DNA of 64,000 nt from Raillietiella orientalis (lineage: Eukaryota). The DNA lies in assembly GCA_036172245.1 (NCBI GenBank), contig JAYWIR010000026.1:868001-932000 (forward strand), given 5' to 3'. The position numbers and the translations under genes were made by a program. The notes under the pieces are model-generated. The model did no database searches and was not told the origin of the DNA. It worked only from the letters and a program-made list of their open reading frames with translations. This document shows positions 61,401 to 64,000 of this stretch, piece by piece; position 1 is the first letter of the stretch, and each line of letters starts with the position of its first letter.

Positions 61401-64000
61401 TCACATTCCAGAAAATTCGGAAATTCAAATGGGACCTTCTGATCACCCAGTCCTGACTTCGCACCCAGTGACTACCACATCTTCCTGCACCTCAAGAAGT
61501 GGCTTGCATCTCGACGATTCGAGGGGGAAAGTGAGGAGTTGAAAACTGCAGGGCTGAACAGGCTGAACTCCCAGACGGAGGAATTTTATGCAGAGGGTTT
61601 CAAAAAGCTTCTTCCACGGTATCAAAAGTGGTTGAAAGCTTAGAAAGTGGTTGACTACGTAGAAAGATGACGTGGGAATTTATGTGTTTAGAACCATGAA
61701 TAAACTTTGGCTTCTCTTATTCTTTGTTTATATCCGATCGGCCCTTACTTTTGAGATGCTCCCCGTACGTAAGCAACGTCACTCCGGAAGATCACTGAAT
61801 CCAAAATGCTCGCAACCATCCTCTGCCGTAGAAAGTGTCTCGGGGTTTCCACTACGTTTCCGTCCCCAATCTGCAAGCCCAACTCCTAATCTGTGGTCAT
61901 CTTAGGGCTAATGACACTTCCCAACGGTGCTGTCGATAGGAAAACCGTATGTCGAACACTTTACTTCAGGTGTCTTTGCTTGCCACAATTTCGCTTTCAG
62001 GGAAGAGAATGTGCATCGAGTCTTCGGCCTTACCGAACCGGAAAACAGTGGAACAAACCGTGTGTGGAACAAAGAACAGCATTTGTCGTTGTATTTTCAA
62101 AGGCAATATAATCATCGATTTCCTGATTCGGGTTTCAACAGTGACTTCTGAACTGGTTGATCTCGACCCAGGAAATTTTGCGGCCTGGAGCCTCCTTGAC
62201 CGGCTTCGATTCGAATCAGATTTCCGTAAAAGTGGAAAGAAGATCTTTTTTGCGCTTCTCCAATCGCAATCAATGCACGGGACCCTCAAGTTGTTTTCGA
62301 ATGATCCCAGGGTTCATGGAGGGAATCCAAACAACTCAGAACTCACCGCGGCTTGTGCGGAGAAGCAAAGTTTGCGGTTTCACAGTGCAAGCAGACTGAA
62401 TTAGAAGGGTCATCGTCGCAAGCCACCAACCAAGCAGGGCTCGAGGCACGAGGATAGGAACCGACTCATGGAGGCGCAGACGAACTTGATCCAACGCTCT
62501 CAAACCGAGAACTTCATGAGAACGTGTGGTGTGCCAGTGCTGCCATTGATGCACCGGTTGCAAGTGTGAGAGAGTACGCGTTGGCCAATCCCTCAAGATG
62601 CTAAAAAGCGTCGTTGGATCAGGGTAAGGCCATAGGCCGAGTGCTGAGCTTCTGTCGCTTTCGACATCAGGGAATCCAAGAGATAACTTAATGCGAGCAC
62701 ACATGCATAATCTAAGGACATACAACTAAGATTTCGAAAGAGGAGAGTCCTCCTAGAGAGGGAAAGAAAGAAAGAAGAGATGAAGAAAACAAAGGGTCAA
62801 AAACTAGCATCGGTACCACACCTTGGTTTCATCGCGAGAAAGAGCAGGAAGAAGGAAAGAGTAAGGGAGGGAGGGAAAGGGGAAGAAGAGGAGGAAGGGA
62901 AGAGGACGGGTCTGGTTGGATTCACAGCATCTTCTGATCCTAGCTGTTCCGCACCAGCACCACACCTCGGTTTCATCATTTCTTTCGCACCATATGCTTG
63001 GTACTTGTCAACAGAGCTCTGATGCAGATAGCAGCCTGAACAAACAGAGGATTCCTTTTTGAAACTTCGTACATGTAAAAGCACAAGGACTCGCTGATCC
63101 CCTGGACACCGAAGACTTCTTTAAACTCGATGAATGGCAGCCATGGATCCAATCTGATTTCGAGGACGGAGAGAACGTTAGGCCCAACAAGGAAAGTCTC
63201 TACTGCATCTCAGAAATCGCAGCTGTTTCTTATGAAACTGGAAGGCAGGCCTTGGACGGGTGGGGGGCAACGTGCACATCTCCTGACTGCTCGGTCACCA
63301 TGGAAGGCAGTCTTTATGATTTCGCTTGCGGGAAGTGCAAGTGAAGGGAAGGGATTGCGGACTGAATACCTGCTCGGCGTGTTGCCTCGAAGACCGAACC
63401 GACGCGTTACCTTCCCGCAGAACCTGCAGGAACTTCCCACGCCCGCGCATTTCTTTGGCGAGCCTTCCTTTTGTCGTGGAATCCCTCCGCTGTGATGCTT
63501 TGGAGCCGGTGCTACGATGAGACTTCACCCTCACCTCGAGCATGGAAAGGAGCTGCGTCCAGAAGATCTTGCCTCGGATGAATCTGAAGGATGAAGAAAC
63601 GAAAGCAGGGGGGGGGGGGTTGTGGAACAAGAACAGGAATTGTGGCGCAGAACAAAAGAGGTGGAGAACCGAAGAAAAATCTCTGTCAACTCAACCAACC
63701 CCCCCGTCACACCACACAGCGCCTGCGTTCCCGACCCATGTGTGTAACGCACTTTATGACAGCGCATGGGTGGATGTGCCGAATGTGTGTGCAGGGAATG
63801 CATTCCCTGCAAGCGTTAAACGAGTTCCAGCAAGAACCCATCGTGACTAGCCCACACTTCTGTGAGAGACTTCCGGAGCAACTGTAGCAGTGCAGTGACC
63901 TACCCAGTCCCACCGAATAAGCGCCTTCGATTCGGTGAGTTTCTCATCACAAGAACTATGAGAGCACTTCGCATGATCATCCACAAGAGAGCCCCGCTCT
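58500..64000 (-). mobile_element. Probable old, highly decayed LINE (I/jockey-like) interrupted by a mariner remnant
   Basis: Weak residual motifs only: HPPMRCHKVRYTHG (ORF1 knuckle-like, ~63750), GFLAPSTTD (~59500), GKLTVNPL...DSVLSP (~59280). Their order fits ORF1 then RT on the minus strand. Boundaries are guesses. Confidence 0.35.
61070..61767 (+). mobile_element. Mariner transposon remnant (3' half of transposase plus right TIR) with an internal inverted duplication
   Basis: VWDQKG...ETLSKLRSAIQNRRHGML...SPDFAPSDYHIFLHLKKWLASRRF...FYAEGFKKLLPRY...DYVER*. TIR-like GCCCTTACTTTTGAGATGCTCCCCG followed by TA at 61766-61767. Confidence 0.85.

Overview
Eukaryotic (probably invertebrate animal) genomic DNA in two sharply different halves. 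Bases 1-38638 are a GC-rich, gap-free nest of about 18 segments of L1/Tx1-type non-LTR retrotransposons (APE endonuclease + RT + C-terminal CCHC; zinc-knuckle ORF1) from two families. They are inserted into one another Russian-doll style. Three nestings are shown by target-site duplications (12, 13 and 5 bp) plus reading-frame continuity, and most insertions are antisense to the element they interrupt. All 11 visible 3' ends lack poly(A) and end in AATAAA + a GC hairpin + a short, usually GAAA-like tail, mostly followed by ATC. Two independent insertions hit the same RT 'KAFD' codons. The right-most, heavily decayed element carries a precisely inserted 1.3-kb toti-like (Giardiavirus-like) dsRNA-virus RdRp fragment. 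Bases 38639-64000 are AT-rich host DNA. They hold a 5-coding-exon SLC35A2/A3-type nucleotide-sugar transporter on the minus strand that points into the nest, decayed RTE, mariner and LINE remnants, and a perfect 27-bp hairpin. Segment letters A-Q are my own labels.
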